From contig ADNK01000014.1 in the NCBI GenBank assembly GCA_000320545.1, forward strand, positions 11,914-75,913: a DNA stretch of 64,000 nucleotides. Direction: 5' to 3'. Of this stretch, positions 42,138 to 54,400 are shown one piece after another; positions within the stretch are counted from its first letter, which is position 1, and the number at the start of each line of letters is the position of its first letter. The position numbers and the translations under genes were made by a program. The notes beneath the pieces were generated by a model. It worked only from the letters and a program-made list of their open reading frames with translations. It had not been told where the DNA came from and did not search any database. This DNA comes from Bigelowiella natans CCMP2755 (lineage: Eukaryota; Protista; Cercozoa).

Positions 42138-43833
42138 TGTGCGTGAGTTAATAGCATTAACACACACGCGTTTGTTTGTTGATACTTTGCTATTCTGAGC
42201 ACTCAGCATTTATTTGTTGTTTTTCTTTAGCGAGGATTGAGTGATGAGCCTGTGCACCTGCGGCCTATTGCAAGCAAAATTCTCAAGATGCTCAAAATGC
42301 AAGATTCTCGGCATGAGAAGGAAAAGATTACCCAAAGGCGAAAGACCGATATCACGAGTGGTAGTAGTAGTAGCAGCAGTAGTAGCAGCAGTAGCAGCAG
42401 GAAGAAGACGATCCTGTCCAATAAAGAGTTTGAGGCAAAACTCACCATCAACGAGTTGAGGCCAGTCTTGCATGGAAAGGGAAACGAAAACGGGGGAAAT
42501 GGAGATGACACACCATCACCATCATCAAAACCACTTGCTGCTACTGCTACTGCTGCTGCCCAAGTAGCAGATGTAGGAGGAGGAGGAGGAGGAGGAGCTG
42601 AACAGAGAGTAGCATCTCCTACCCAGTCAACTCACCCCTCTTCCATTACGCACAACAAGAAGAAGAACAATAACAACAACAATATCACCGCAAAGGCATC
42701 AGCACCTCCACCACAAGCAAAGCAAGTTGCAGCTGTAGCAGCGGTGACATCGAACAGAAGTCGGAATATTAGCAATACTCCGACTAATGCCGGTGATAGT
42801 AGTAGTAGTAGTAGTAATAGTAGTGGTGGTAGAAGTAGTAACGTGAAGCGAGTGCTACGAGCAAGTCTGTCCGAAGATGGAACGCATTTGACTATGGAGA
42901 ACACCACTGTACCATCGTCATCATCGTCGTCGTCATCACCGCCGTCAACGACTATGATGAACAACGCGACAGCGCCTGGAAGAGGGAGGATGAGTGAGAG
43001 GAAGGACGAAGGGAAGAAGAATGCTAGTAAAGGAGGAGGAAGGAAGGGAGTCGTCTGTCCTCCATGTAGTACAACTGTTGATAGTAGGACGCAATCGCAA
43101 TCGGGTGGTGGCTTTCTGAAAGGAATCTATCAATTTCCAGGAAGGAAACAAGATGCTACTGCTGCTGATAATGATGATGGAAAAAGAAGAAGTGATAGTA
43201 GTAGCAACGGTAGAGCTGTATGGAGTGTGGGCGCTACCCTTGAGGATGCACTCGCAAGCCCTTCGAGCGATAAGTTTTATAGTCTCCTCGACGATGACGA
43301 CGACGACGACGACAAAGAAGGATGCCATCAAGGGGGTTCAAGCAGCGATGGTGGTGGTGATGATCACGGTGAGGAGGACGATGACGACGAAGATGGGGAG
43401 GCGGCGAAGGCCAGGAGGTGAAATATATGTATATATATTTTTATATTATATTTGACGACCTTACATTTGTTTCCCTGCCGTCCTATTTCCAGCGTTGTAG
43501 CACTCTATGATGATATGTTAATGGTGACTTATCCTGTAAGCAAGAGCAGCGCGGGATGAAAGGACCGTCGTGTTTGCGTTGGTTCCCGGATCTTATTATT
43601 ATGTTTATTACCTGTAAGGAGAGCATTCTACGAAGGGCGACGACAGAAGCTTCTGCGCAGGTCTCATCGCCTCATACAACCCTGACGTCACTGTCGTAAA
43701 CTGATGACGATGCTGAGAATTGACACCGCTTCGTCTCCCTTCATCTTCATGTGGGCCTGTATCATTCTCCGCTGAAGCCGAGGGAAAATAACTCAATTCT
43801 TTTCTTTTTTTCCCCCCCCCCCCCCCCCCCCCC

Positions 43834-43877
<44 letters not shown>

Positions 43878-44175
43878 GGGTAACAAGTTTTATGTCGATG
43901 ACGACTGACAAAACGGCAGCTTTCATAAGTCCGAAGCGTAGCGACGACGAACGCTACGACGATGTGAAAAGGCAACAAGGAAAAGACATTTTCGACATAC
44001 GGGTCCAGTCTTATTTCTTTCAATATATTTACCGCAGCTCCGAAAAATCAATAATGACGATGGTGATGATAATGATGATGTGGTGTGTGATACGGCTATT
44101 TCTGCAAGCTGCCGCGGCTTAATGATATTGATGTCGGCATAGCTTCATGTCGCGCCGCCTCTACTATTAGCAACA

Positions 44176-44215
<40 letters not shown>

Positions 44216-44766
44216 CCCCTCTCTATAGGATCGTGGAATTCGATCGAAAGCTCTGGCAGAGTACCTGCAGCCTCGTATCATAGATATCGCTGTGAGGCAA
44301 GTCGGCGTCCCGCGTCAGATGGTGAACAGGATCATCGAGCTCATGATGTATCTCATCCATACGTTCCGCCTACAGGTCAATCAACGTTGTGCACTGACTT
44401 TGCTTTGATAAATTGAATTGATGAAGAGTCTAGGATGTTCTTCCTCTTTGCACGTCATATCATTCTCGCCCCGCTATGCAGCAGCAGCATCGGCAGCAGC
44501 AGTAGCAGCAGTAGCAGCTCGAGTATTTTTCTGAGATGTCCATCTGATACGTCGCATTTCGAACACAGACCATCCCAGGACTTGAGGAGAAAGAGTGGAA
44601 ACGGATGGCATACGTGGTTTTGACGCTAATTTCGTATCGAATCCCGAAGGTACGCACGCTTCTAGTTGCTGTTGCAGAGTCAGGCTTCCAGAAGCTTGAT
44701 CCAGATCTTAAGGTTTTCAATACTGAATTCAAAGTCGAAGCTTTCATAGATTCTATCCTTCGCTGA
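39623..44766 (+). CDS. RPAP2: RPAP2/Rtr1 RNA polymerase II-associated protein with inserted NDP-kinase-like domain
   Basis: LLRPIHYDEVLEERQSHHICSYPGC and YK|VDPAKNLWFDVTEGERFCCADC...LSDEPVHLR are the two halves of the Rtr1/RPAP2 zinc finger. C-terminal LIHTFRLQ...EWKRMAYVVLTLIS resembles the RPAP2 C-terminus. An NDK-like segment lies between the halves. Stop TGA 44764-44766. Confidence 0.8.
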
Positions 44767-45548
44767 GCAAAAAAGTCTAGTGCTCCGTACGTAGGGACTC
44801 CAGTGTGAGAGGATCAGTCCACACGCGATTCGGAACCAAGGCACCAGTAATTAATCATAAGGCTCTCCGCCATGTACAAATAACTATAATTGTATGTAGC
44901 ACTGAATCTAATCCGCACTCCCATCATAGTGCTAGATGGGTGCTGCCGCATCCATTCTAGACACCGCTATATGGGATTATGTACGATTTAGAGAACAAAA
45001 TGATGATACGAGGTAGCAGTCAGCATGCATACGGCTTTGTGATTTATTGCCATTCATGCATAGTGTTGTTTTTATATGATGAGTATATGATGTGAGTTTT
45101 TGTCGAGCAATGCCTTGCGCTTACGCATGCCATGTATGGCGAAGGCTTTAGCTGCTATATTGTGCAATTTTGATCGTATTGCTTCTATTATTATTGCTGT
45201 AACTGTTATTGGCGTGTGCTGTCCTGCAAGATCGACATGTGTCTACTATGCTAGCGATGGCACGCTGCTCCTATACTGCATTTGTCAGCTCGGCCGCTAA
45301 GCATGTATAAAGGCACATGGCACTAGCTATAGCACAGCACATTCCGTCTTGTAAATAGCTGTCTTTGTTTTAAAAAATGCACAACTTCACTCACGCGCAA
45401 TACGAGCTACATCTTACTACACGTATGCATTAAGACATACACATATAATGTAGTAAAATATATGTGCTATCTGGTCACCCAGAAAATCTTTTCTTAATCA
45501 TGTGTTAAAACGCACTTCATCTTCTTCAACTATTCTAAAGTTGTGAGT

Positions 45549-47082
45549 TCATTTCTCTGACAATGGGTGCGATATGCAAGATTCGAGGTACTTGACGATT
45601 TCTTCAAAGCCTACTATCTGCGAAGCCAAATCTTCGATATAATTTCCTAAATATATTTCGGCCATTCCCTGGTCGAGTCCGTCAAAGTGCCTGAAAAATT
45701 ATTTATGCTTTTTGAGTCGTACGTAGAAGAAAATATCAGTTTCGAGCTACCGTTTAACGTTGGGCACGTATTCAGCTGCCTTCTTTGTAGTCTTTTCCGA
45801 GGGATTGCACCACATCTCGTAAGCAGTTTTCTTAATGTCTGTCTGTGAAAGGAAAGAAGGAGCCTCGGATTCAACCTGTTCCAGGTATTTATTGTGCTCC
45901 TTAATCTCGTGGGACTCTTCATAAATTTCAAATGGGCACGCAGTCGTGATATTTTCTCCAAATCTATAGAGACTCTCGTATCTCGCTTGTTTAAGCTCCG
46001 TGACATACGACAGAATCCTCTCCTTTGGCAGGATGGCTTTTATGAGCTGTCGCAAGAATTCAGAGATTACTCGGATTGTTTCTACAAAGCCCCAATCTAC
46101 ATCCACTGGGAACGACTCGAGCCATGCTTTATTTGCACCATGAACAGTTTTTGATGCAGACCAAATATTTGCTGAAATCGAGGTTTTTGATATAGTCTCG
46201 ACACGATGGAACCATAGAGGGGGGACATATAATAGATCGCCAGCACTCAGAGTCACAGTCATCATTCCCGATGAAGGGTCACTAAATAAAGATTTGAAAG
46301 TCTTCTCATCCTCTAGGTCTGCAATTACATTTCGGTGTTGATGATGAAATTTGGGATATAGTTGAAGGCGTGCCCAAGCGCTTGGTGGGAGCAACGTGAA
46401 GGTTTTTGAGCCGTAGATTTGCACGAAGAAATTATGCATTTCATCAAAGTGCGTGGGAGTGACCACTCCTTTGCTTCCTATCCAAAGATGAGCTTTTAAG
46501 ATCACATCTCCAGCTTCTTTCGCCGCATCTATAGGGACCTCTTTCATGTCGAACATATCAAGGTTTATTTCCCGCCCCGCCCATACCTTTCCAAAGTGGC
46601 TAAGAGGACCAGAGAAGTATATGTACTCTTCTTCCGACCCGGCTTCGCAGCGCTCGATTGCCTCTCGAAGTTCTACACGATGCAAAGCACAACAACCCAT
46701 GTGAAACACGTTTCCTGTCGAATTCTTTACGGGAATTTTGGCCTTTCCAAGCATTCCGGAAAGTGTGGTTGGAGTCCATTTAGCGCTCCGCCATCCGTTT
46801 ACAGGAGAATTCTTAATCAAGGCTGGACGCATCGGCTGGGAGATGTATTGTCGGATTGAGTCACCACGTTTCCATTCGAATATAGCTAGTTGTGTATTTG
46901 CAGCTTCCTTGTTGGGGCTTCTTTCTCCTTCGACTGCTGATCAATCACATCGAATTTCAGGCGGGGGAAAGCGAAGCCATGCAATCGCACAAACCTGTCG
47001 CTGTTGCGTGAGCCTGAAGACTCGGGAAGCTTATATGGCTCCAGAGCGTCACTGCGAACATTATCGGCACCCGAGCAACCAT
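45549..47082 (-). CDS. JmjC/cupin-like (Cupin_8) 2-oxoglutarate/Fe(II) oxygenase with putative signal peptide, 3 exons
   Basis: LWIGSKGVVTPTHFDEMHNFFVQIYGSKTFTLLPP...LSAGDLLYVPPLWFHRVE shows the HxD...H triad. Exon 1 MVARVPIMFAVTLWSHISFPSLQAHATAT splices in frame to the 361-aa ORF; the last exon ends ...HPLSEK*. Confidence 0.85.
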
Positions 47083-48367
47083 ACTGATCCCCCACCTCGC
47101 TTACGAGCTGCACCTCGGTGGTGGTGGTGGTGTTGGCCTGGTCCAAATACTAGTGGAGAGATGATCGATCTCCTGCAAATCTCGGGAGTTGCTCCTAACA
47201 TTTTTCGCTCACAATTCACGTGTAGATCTAGTTCTCATCATAGCCGTGATGACCTTTTTATGTACCGTACATGTACAAACCGACCAGCCGTTATCTTTCT
47301 GTGGTGACACATATTTCCTACGAACTCCACAGTCGGGAAAAAGGGAACAGTAGTGGCCCGATTTTTTTGGGTTTGTTTCTGACCAAATGCAGTCGGGTCT
47401 TAGAGAGCAGAAGTCAATTCCCAGCAGTACAGTCGTAAAGATATTAATGGAGACGTACTCGTTGTTACCACAGATACGTGTAGTTTTAGATGATTTCCTG
47501 GACTTTTTTTGTCATACAATTTTGAATTTGCCAAACATTATTTGTCGGGGACACAACTTCACTACAACTTCATATGTATTCTCAGATATCAGAGCGGAAG
47601 ATTAATCTTGGAAAGAAGGCAGGATAATTCAAGAATATGGAAAACATGGAGAACGGTAAACGAAAATACGTTGATTTTTTTTGCATTGGCCTCTGAGATT
47701 TGTCTTTCGATAGCTCGGAAAGATTTGCCCATTATTTATATTCAGTCAAGATGTCCGTCTTTGTAAGCGATTCGGCAGAAAAGTTCAGTAGTAATAGAGA
47801 CCATTTTAGTTGATTTTTATCCAATAGAAACACCAATAAAAGAACGGAGGAGTGGTTTTCTGACGTAGGAACCCTTTTCATTGAATGCTACGACAGGTCA
47901 TCAGTGGTGAAAATTGAAATATAGACTTCTCTTTTGTAGAAACTGTGGAAGTGATACAGGCCTGTAGCAAACTACAGAGCCTTAGATAAATTTGAAGATT
48001 TTCTTAGGAGAATAATCTGATTTTTTTACTTCTCTTTTTTGTTTGCATCAGAAAAATTCAGAGTAAAACCAGGAATCTGTAGGTTTGCTTAACTTAAACT
48101 TTAGGTGATTTATCAATGAGAATGCATTTTCTGAATGTCTTCCCTTAAAATTGCCGAAAATTCAAAGCACCGACTTAGCGATAAGTTTTCAACATCGATT
48201 GCTTCAACCTGTGGCAATAACACAATACGATTTTCCCGCCACCCTCCTGCGGAAACTCTTCCTTGAACACAGTTCAATTTTTCTCCAAACTACTCTTGAA
48301 AGAGTATTTCTAACCCATCGTATACAGCTGGATAGTGTATAATTGTATACGTTCGAGTTTCTCGAAA

Positions 48368-49117
48368 ATGGAGGTTGTCCAAAGAATGGAAGAAGATACG
48401 CTATCTCCATCCCCACGAGACGAAGTTGAGGTAAATAAGATAAAAATCTCCACGTCTCAAGGGTGCGCACTTCAGGAAAACTTTAGCACACCTCCAAAGG
48501 ATCGCAAACAGCAGTCAGTGACCAATTCTGTTTCATCCCAACTCATCGACTCTTCGGAGGACATCGAGATGAACGCAGTTGCAACCCAAGATGATGTTGA
48601 GGCCAAAAATATCTGCAATAGGCCCAACCTCCCTAGCGAGGTCTTGGACGTGATTTACTTTCTTAATTGTATCGAAAAGAGACTAGAGGGATGCAAGTCT
48701 CAAGGAGAAATGACGAGCTTTCATTCAGTCTGCCGTCCATCAATCAGTATTGGCGAATACGTCCGTCGTATTGCTGACTTCGCCAGATGCAATCCACAAG
48801 TATTTATCCTTGCCATCATCTATATGGATCGCATCGTAAGGGTCGACGACACCCTAATAATCAACCATCTAACAATACATCGTCTGGTTCTTAGCGCTGT
48901 GGTGGTTGCGTCTAAGTACCTTGAGGATAGATACCATAGCAACGCCACCTTCGCACGGATTGGAGGGACATCTGGCGAGGAATTAAATCTTTTGGAATTA
49001 GAATTTGTGTTCAGATTGAAGTTTGAGCTACATGTTTCTACAAAGTGCTTTGAATCGTACGCTAAGCACGTCAGCGAGTTCCGAAGGAACGCACCTAGCA
49101 GTCAACATACCTGCTAA
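48368..49117 (+). CDS. Cyclin, Pho80/P-type (cyclin U) family; intronless
   Basis: FHSVCRPSISIGEYVRRIADFARCNPQVFILAIIYMDRI...INHLTIHRLVLSAVVVASKYLEDRYHSNATFARIGG...ELNLLELEFVFRLKFEL. Confidence 0.92.
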   Translation: MEVVQRMEEDTLSPSPRDEVEVNKIKISTSQGCALQENFSTPPKDRKQQSVTNSVSSQLIDSSEDIEMNAVATQDDVEAKNICNRPNLPSEVLDVIYFLNCIEKRLEGCKSQGEMTSFHSVCRPSISIGEYVRRIADFARCNPQVFILAIIYMDRIVRVDDTLIINHLTIHRLVLSAVVVASKYLEDRYHSNATFARIGGTSGEELNLLELEFVFRLKFELHVSTKCFESYAKHVSEFRRNAPSSQHTC

Positions 49118-50327
49118 AAAAGAAAATATTGTAGTCTCCTACTGACCTGTAATATAAGTTGAATGTTCAATTTAAGGGATAAATCAAAATATGAAAATAT
49201 TGAGAAAAGTGATGACGTGTCGTAAAAGATTTAAGGAGAGACGTCTCATTATATTGGTCATGGAAAATTTATCATTTGAAAGGTTGGTGTTTCAGTTCCC
49301 TAGAAGTATCAGGGGGGTTAGCGGCATGGAAGATATCTGCCCAAAATCAGTTAAAACCTAACCCTGAAATGATATCGTGTCCAGCTTAATGATAAACCAG
49401 CAAATAAGTTAGTCTGATATAGATACAGTTCGAATGTACAGCAATTTATAGAACATGTTTTCCCATGTAATCGTCACTTCATTAGATGACCCGACAAGTA
49501 CGTCGGACTCTGACATAGCCATTTGGTAATGTACAAGTGTACACAGCAGTCGATCGCATGTATTGAGCACAAATTATGCAGCTCGCTTGTACATATCCTC
49601 TATCGTTTATGCCGTCATGATCTAGCTACTTTGCATACTATCTTTTCAGTAGATACACATGCTCATGCCAAAATGCACATGCTGAACACTGCTATACTGC
49701 ACTGGCGATGACTGCAATGGCAACGTGATGTTCCGTATAGCTTTGTCATGCAACTCAGCTTAAGCTAGCTAGCGCGCATAGCTATAGGCCCACGATAGTT
49801 GTGCGTACTAGCATAGTCGATGCAGACTGGTGGAGCATGTTAATCATTGTGTAATTTTGTGCGTAGGTGGAGCTAGCTCTGGAGCTCTAGAGCTGTACTA
49901 GTGTATAGCAGCGTGCAATGCTATGAGCTACGATGCGTCACACATGGGTGTGCATTCCGCACACACGCATGCACACAATATATCAAGCTCCTACTGTCTA
50001 TAGCTGTGCAGCATGGCAGTTGCGCTGGCATGGACCATGCGCATGTAGCATGTAGCGTGCAATTGGTAGCGAGTGTTCGATACTGACTACGTGGCGTATA
50101 TGTAATCATTTACTAGATTTAGCGATTTAGCACGCCACACTCGTCATGTCTATAGTGCACATATAGATGTACATTGATTGCGACCGTCCACGACAGCTAT
50201 GACATCATATGTACATATATAATACGTACATCTGTTCATCATACATATATACTATACATACAAGACATGCAAAGCCACACGGACACAAATACTTTATTTT
50301 ATGTATATACACATGTAAATATATATA

Positions 50328-50336
50328 TATCTTGCA

Positions 50337-50376
<40 letters not shown>

Positions 50377-50400
50377 TTTTTTATGCATGTATGTTTTTAT

Positions 50401-50453
<53 letters not shown>

Positions 50454-50466
50454 TATGTGTGTGTGC
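50328..50466. repeat. (AT)n and (GT)n microsatellites, intergenic
   Basis: Directly visible. Confidence 0.9.
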
Positions 50467-50708
50467 TGTCGACTGGTGCTGCGACGGCTGGAACAATATG
50501 CACAATATCACACTACAGCCGATCGATCGATGGACGCATAAATTGATTCGCATCGGCTATGCATGAATGTGTGGCGAAAGAGTCCTATAATGCATATTAA
50601 TACAATGATGGTATAAACAAAACGTATCTATGACAGCTATGAATATCGAAAGTTTTTGGCGTTTGATTTTATTCAAGTCATAATTTTTCTTTGAACTCTT
50701 CACGTTCG

Positions 50709-51239
50709 TCATGGTGATGAAACATGACTTTCTTTATCTTTATCGGACCCTTTATCGGATTCTCCCTTTTCCCACATGTATGGATCGAAGGACATATTCA
50801 AATCACAAGAATCAAAAGATCGTTTTTGTCGCAATTCTAAAGTTTCATTGCTTCCAGTATCCGTTCCTCTTTTCTTATGGTTCTGTTCACTTTGCTTGTT
50901 GTCCTCGTCTACCTTCATCCATTCGCCTTCCTCGATTGTATCTATTTCAATATTGAAGCTCCATTTTATAATTTCAGGCTCATGTCTGCTAAATGCACCA
51001 ATTAAAGATTTGATAAGGAAGCCGAACGGGGAGGTGATGTAAAGGGTGAACGGAGAGTATCTTGATTTGCAATCTAGATCCTCATCAGAACCTATTTTTA
51101 AGCGGACCAAATAGGCACCGCATTAGCAAGTGAATATATACTAACAACCATCGAATTATAGTGTAAAATAACATGTACTTGAATGCGAGGGATGATCTGC
51201 TTCTATTCCCTTCGAATCCATAGGGTCGGCTTCTTCCAT
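50709..51239 (-). CDS. Small acidic hypothetical protein, 2 exons
   Basis: MEEADPMDSKGIEADHPSHS A|gtacat splices in frame (ag|GT TCT GAT GAG) to the 50709-51110 ORF; no family recognised. Confidence 0.45.
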
Positions 51240-51502
51240 CTCGACGATAAATGCCTCAAGATGACACCGAGGAGATAATATGCTGTATTCTCTTCCGTTT
51301 TGCTGGTGCGACAACACCGAAACAGAATTTCCAGCAAATACAAATTTGTTCCCAGAAAGTTCCCAGGCGGGAACCGTTCTTCTTGCGCATGGGAGGTTTT
51401 CCGTACAAAATCTAACAATATTTCACTACAGCAACAGCAGGTTGACGAGGAATCTCAATGTTCATTTTTTTCCGAAATATTTTTTTCATATTTTACGAAG
51501 TT

Positions 51503-51511
51503 TTAGGGTTT
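51503..51511 (-). promoter_or_regulatory. Telo-box-like motif AAACCCTAA about 100 bp upstream of TRM112
   Basis: ttagggttt on the + strand in the short divergent intergenic region; single short motif, could be chance. Confidence 0.3.
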
Positions 51512-51609
51512 AATTTAGTTCGTTCTACTGCAAAAAAATCAGCGCTTGCTCACATCACACGCTCATCCAGATCGGCACGAGACGCAGAACAACTTGTACA
51601 CACCACGGA

Positions 51610-51846
51610 ATGAGGCTCTTAACACACAACATGCTCATCAACCCGAGGTAATCTCCATTCATCTTCTACGTTTACGCTTAGACATACGTTGAGTACATGT
51701 TCAAGTAGAACGTGTGAAGCAAATAATTGACGCACTTGTGTTGCGTGTCTGCACCTGTGTATGTATGTATGTGTGTATGTGATTTGTGACTTGCCCCCAC
51801 CCCCTCCCCCCCCTATGTGTGCGTGCGTGCGTGCGTGCGTGCATGC

Positions 51847-51887
<41 letters not shown>

Positions 51888-52586
51888 TTCTGTGACCGGA
51901 ATGGTCCTGAAAAGCGAAAGGAATAAGAGACCTGCTTTTATTTTCAGGAAAGGGATGGAAAGCGCATACCCACTTAAACTTTTCCCGACTAAAGTTACAA
52001 AGGTGAATGTTTCATAATTTTTTCCTTTCTAGTAATCATAATTATGAGCATTCCCACGATCGCCTTCGTCTCAAACTCCGCAAACATGAGAAGCCATTAT
52101 CGTCGTCATAATCTATTTTCACAGGAGGAAGTTAAATTCAACCCGGCCTTCGTTGTAAACCTTATCCCAAAAATTGATTACAAAGCGCTGCTATATGCAG
52201 CCTCGTGTGTTGGAATGAAGAATTTGCCAGCGCAACTCCCACAAAAAGTAGTAGAATAGGATGATAAAACCTTACTCGGATTTGACTAGGCTAGATTGTC
52301 TTAAAAAAAGGAATCGTTTTATCGGTGAAACTGGGGGAAAATTTTCTAAATTTTCCTTCCATGCCACAGATTGACGCCACGGAGCATGGGGATCTGCTCA
52401 AAACATTGCATCACGCACTCCTCGAAGTGCACGTTGAGGAGGGGAAGCTGGTGATATTAAAATGAATATTATGCGAATCTTCCAGGAACTAATTGCGAAT
52501 ATTTTCAGGTGTGTCCCAAATCCGACCGCGAGTTTACAATAAAACAAGGCATACCTAACATGCGACTAAACGAAGATGAAGTTTAA
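51610..52586 (+). CDS. TRM112: Multifunctional methyltransferase subunit TRM112, 5 exons
   Basis: MRLLTHNMLINPR|KGMESAYPLKL...|EEVKFNPAFVVNLIPKIDYKAL...|LLKTLHHALLEVHVEEGKL|VCPKSDREFTIKQGIPNMRLNEDEV*. Confidence 0.96.
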
Positions 52587-53469
52587 CAATCCGAAGTTTA
52601 CACAAAATAGCTGCCTCCAAGCAAGCAATTGGCATAATGTGTTTTTACCTTCTAGCTTCCATAGATTAATTTTAATTCCTTGGTTTTGTACATTGCTAGC
52701 AGCTGTATTTAGTTTTTGTTGGAATGAATTTATGTAAGTCAACTATTCTAGTTATACATGCACGTATCTTAGCATCCATAATTTAATCACCACATTCACA
52801 TGTACGTGTATGTAAGAAAGGAATGTCTGGGCTTAATAAAATGTGGTCATGATTGTTACACTAGCTGCACGTATGCGAAAAATAACTATATATACAAAAC
52901 CATAATGCTTTCTTAAGGCTAATTAATGCCCTAGCAATGAATAGATGAAGCTCCATTTAGCCTTGTTGTCGACTTTCCAACTGATACCAACTTGAGCTGC
53001 CAATGCGATCTAGCCATTTCATCACTGTGGACATAATGCCGTACACACATGTGCCATAGAATCATCAGCTGTCTGCATGTTGCACTGCAATTTCCCAAGT
53101 CTGCATGCCAAACGCACTTACTAGCTTGATTAATCGATCGTTGCGGAAAGAATCGTGTCATGATCACAATGCAGCGACTACGCTAGACTAGCATGGCAGA
53201 GCACAACCGAAGGGAGCAACAAGCCACTCTGTGTGCGCTCATTGTTGTGCCATTGTGCCGGGCGCGTCAACATCAATCATGGACTTTGTGTCTCTCATGC
53301 TTGCACATCATCGTCAAGCACGTGAGCACAAGACATCTAGACATGCAGCTGATTCCACGTCTAGGCAGGCACAAGGAATGTGCCATTCATGCAACAACAT
53401 GACACACAGATCTGCTGATTCCAACAAGTAGTTCCATGACCATCATCATCCACCATGACACATGCACGT

Positions 53470-53805
53470 CTAGACGTGTTTGTGACAAAATTCCAGTTTG
53501 GACTCTCGCACAATGCACGTGCAGGGTTCACATGAACGTTCAACGCAATTGACTCAATGGTTTTCTTCGTTTCCTGCTCCAGTGCGTGCTGCTGTTTGCA
53601 CCCGCTCTGCTTCTTCTGCTTTTTCTTTCTTTTTTGTTTCCGCTTCTTCTATTAGCATCCTCTTTGATTTTTCCAACTCTTCCGTGAGTTTCAAAAGTTT
53701 CGCTTACAACTTTGTTTCCCCCTCATTTCCAATTGCTCAATTGCAATTGCTCATTTCCACTCATTCTTTCAGTTTTCACGAGTGTTCATTTTCTGCTTGA
53801 GTCGA
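53470..53805 (-). pseudogene. Degenerate coiled-coil coding remnant with in-frame stops
   Basis: One minus frame reads TQAENEHS*KLKE*VEMSNCN*AIGNEGETKL*AKLLKLTEELEKSKRMLIEEAETKKKEKAEEAERVQTAARTGAGNEENH*: Glu/Lys-rich codon periodicity interrupted by TGA/TAA. Confidence 0.45.
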
Positions 53806-54400
53806 CAGTACATGTAATGTGATTGCGTCCCTGGGGAGTCTTGTCGTCATCTTCGAATGCAGACTAATTTGTATTTGATCATAATTTCCATCTTTTAGAT
53901 GGGAAATCACTCATGCGACTAGTACAATTCGAAGTCTCTTTAAATAAACTTAGTACATCGAGACAAATAGAGGTCATTTCAAACAGAATCTATTGATTTA
54001 TATTGTCGCTATGTCAGTGGTGGGAGCAGAGAAACAGTTACTGAGACACACCTTCGCGAGTAAGTAACTCTCCCCCTCCTGCTCGAGTCGTTTTAGGGAA
54101 TGGGGACATGTACATGTGGCTGGGGTTCATTCGTTGATTTCACTATAAAATAGAGAATCACCCTCGTTTGATTCGGGGGAGACTCTTGATTCGCTGATTT
54201 TGGGAAGGGGATACTAATCTGTGGGCCAACAAGTGTTGAATGTAATTTTAAGATCTGTGAAATAATCCTTTCGCAAGCCTTTGATAATCTTCACCTCAGT
54301 TATTCTTTTTTGCGAATCGAGAGGCCCTTCCATTGTACACAATTCTGAATAATTAGCAAATACTGATGGGTCATGATTTCAACCGTTGATTAGATCGAAG

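Noticed and set aside
49500-50570. Cys/His-rich short ORFs and dense 4-6 bp palindromes (CATG, TGCA, AGCT, CTAG)
   Set aside because: Typical of all intergenic tracts here; no terminal repeats, transposase or periodic array found.
53498-53800. 100-aa Ser/Phe-rich + strand ORF
   Set aside because: Antisense shadow of the decayed Glu/Lys-rich minus-strand frame.
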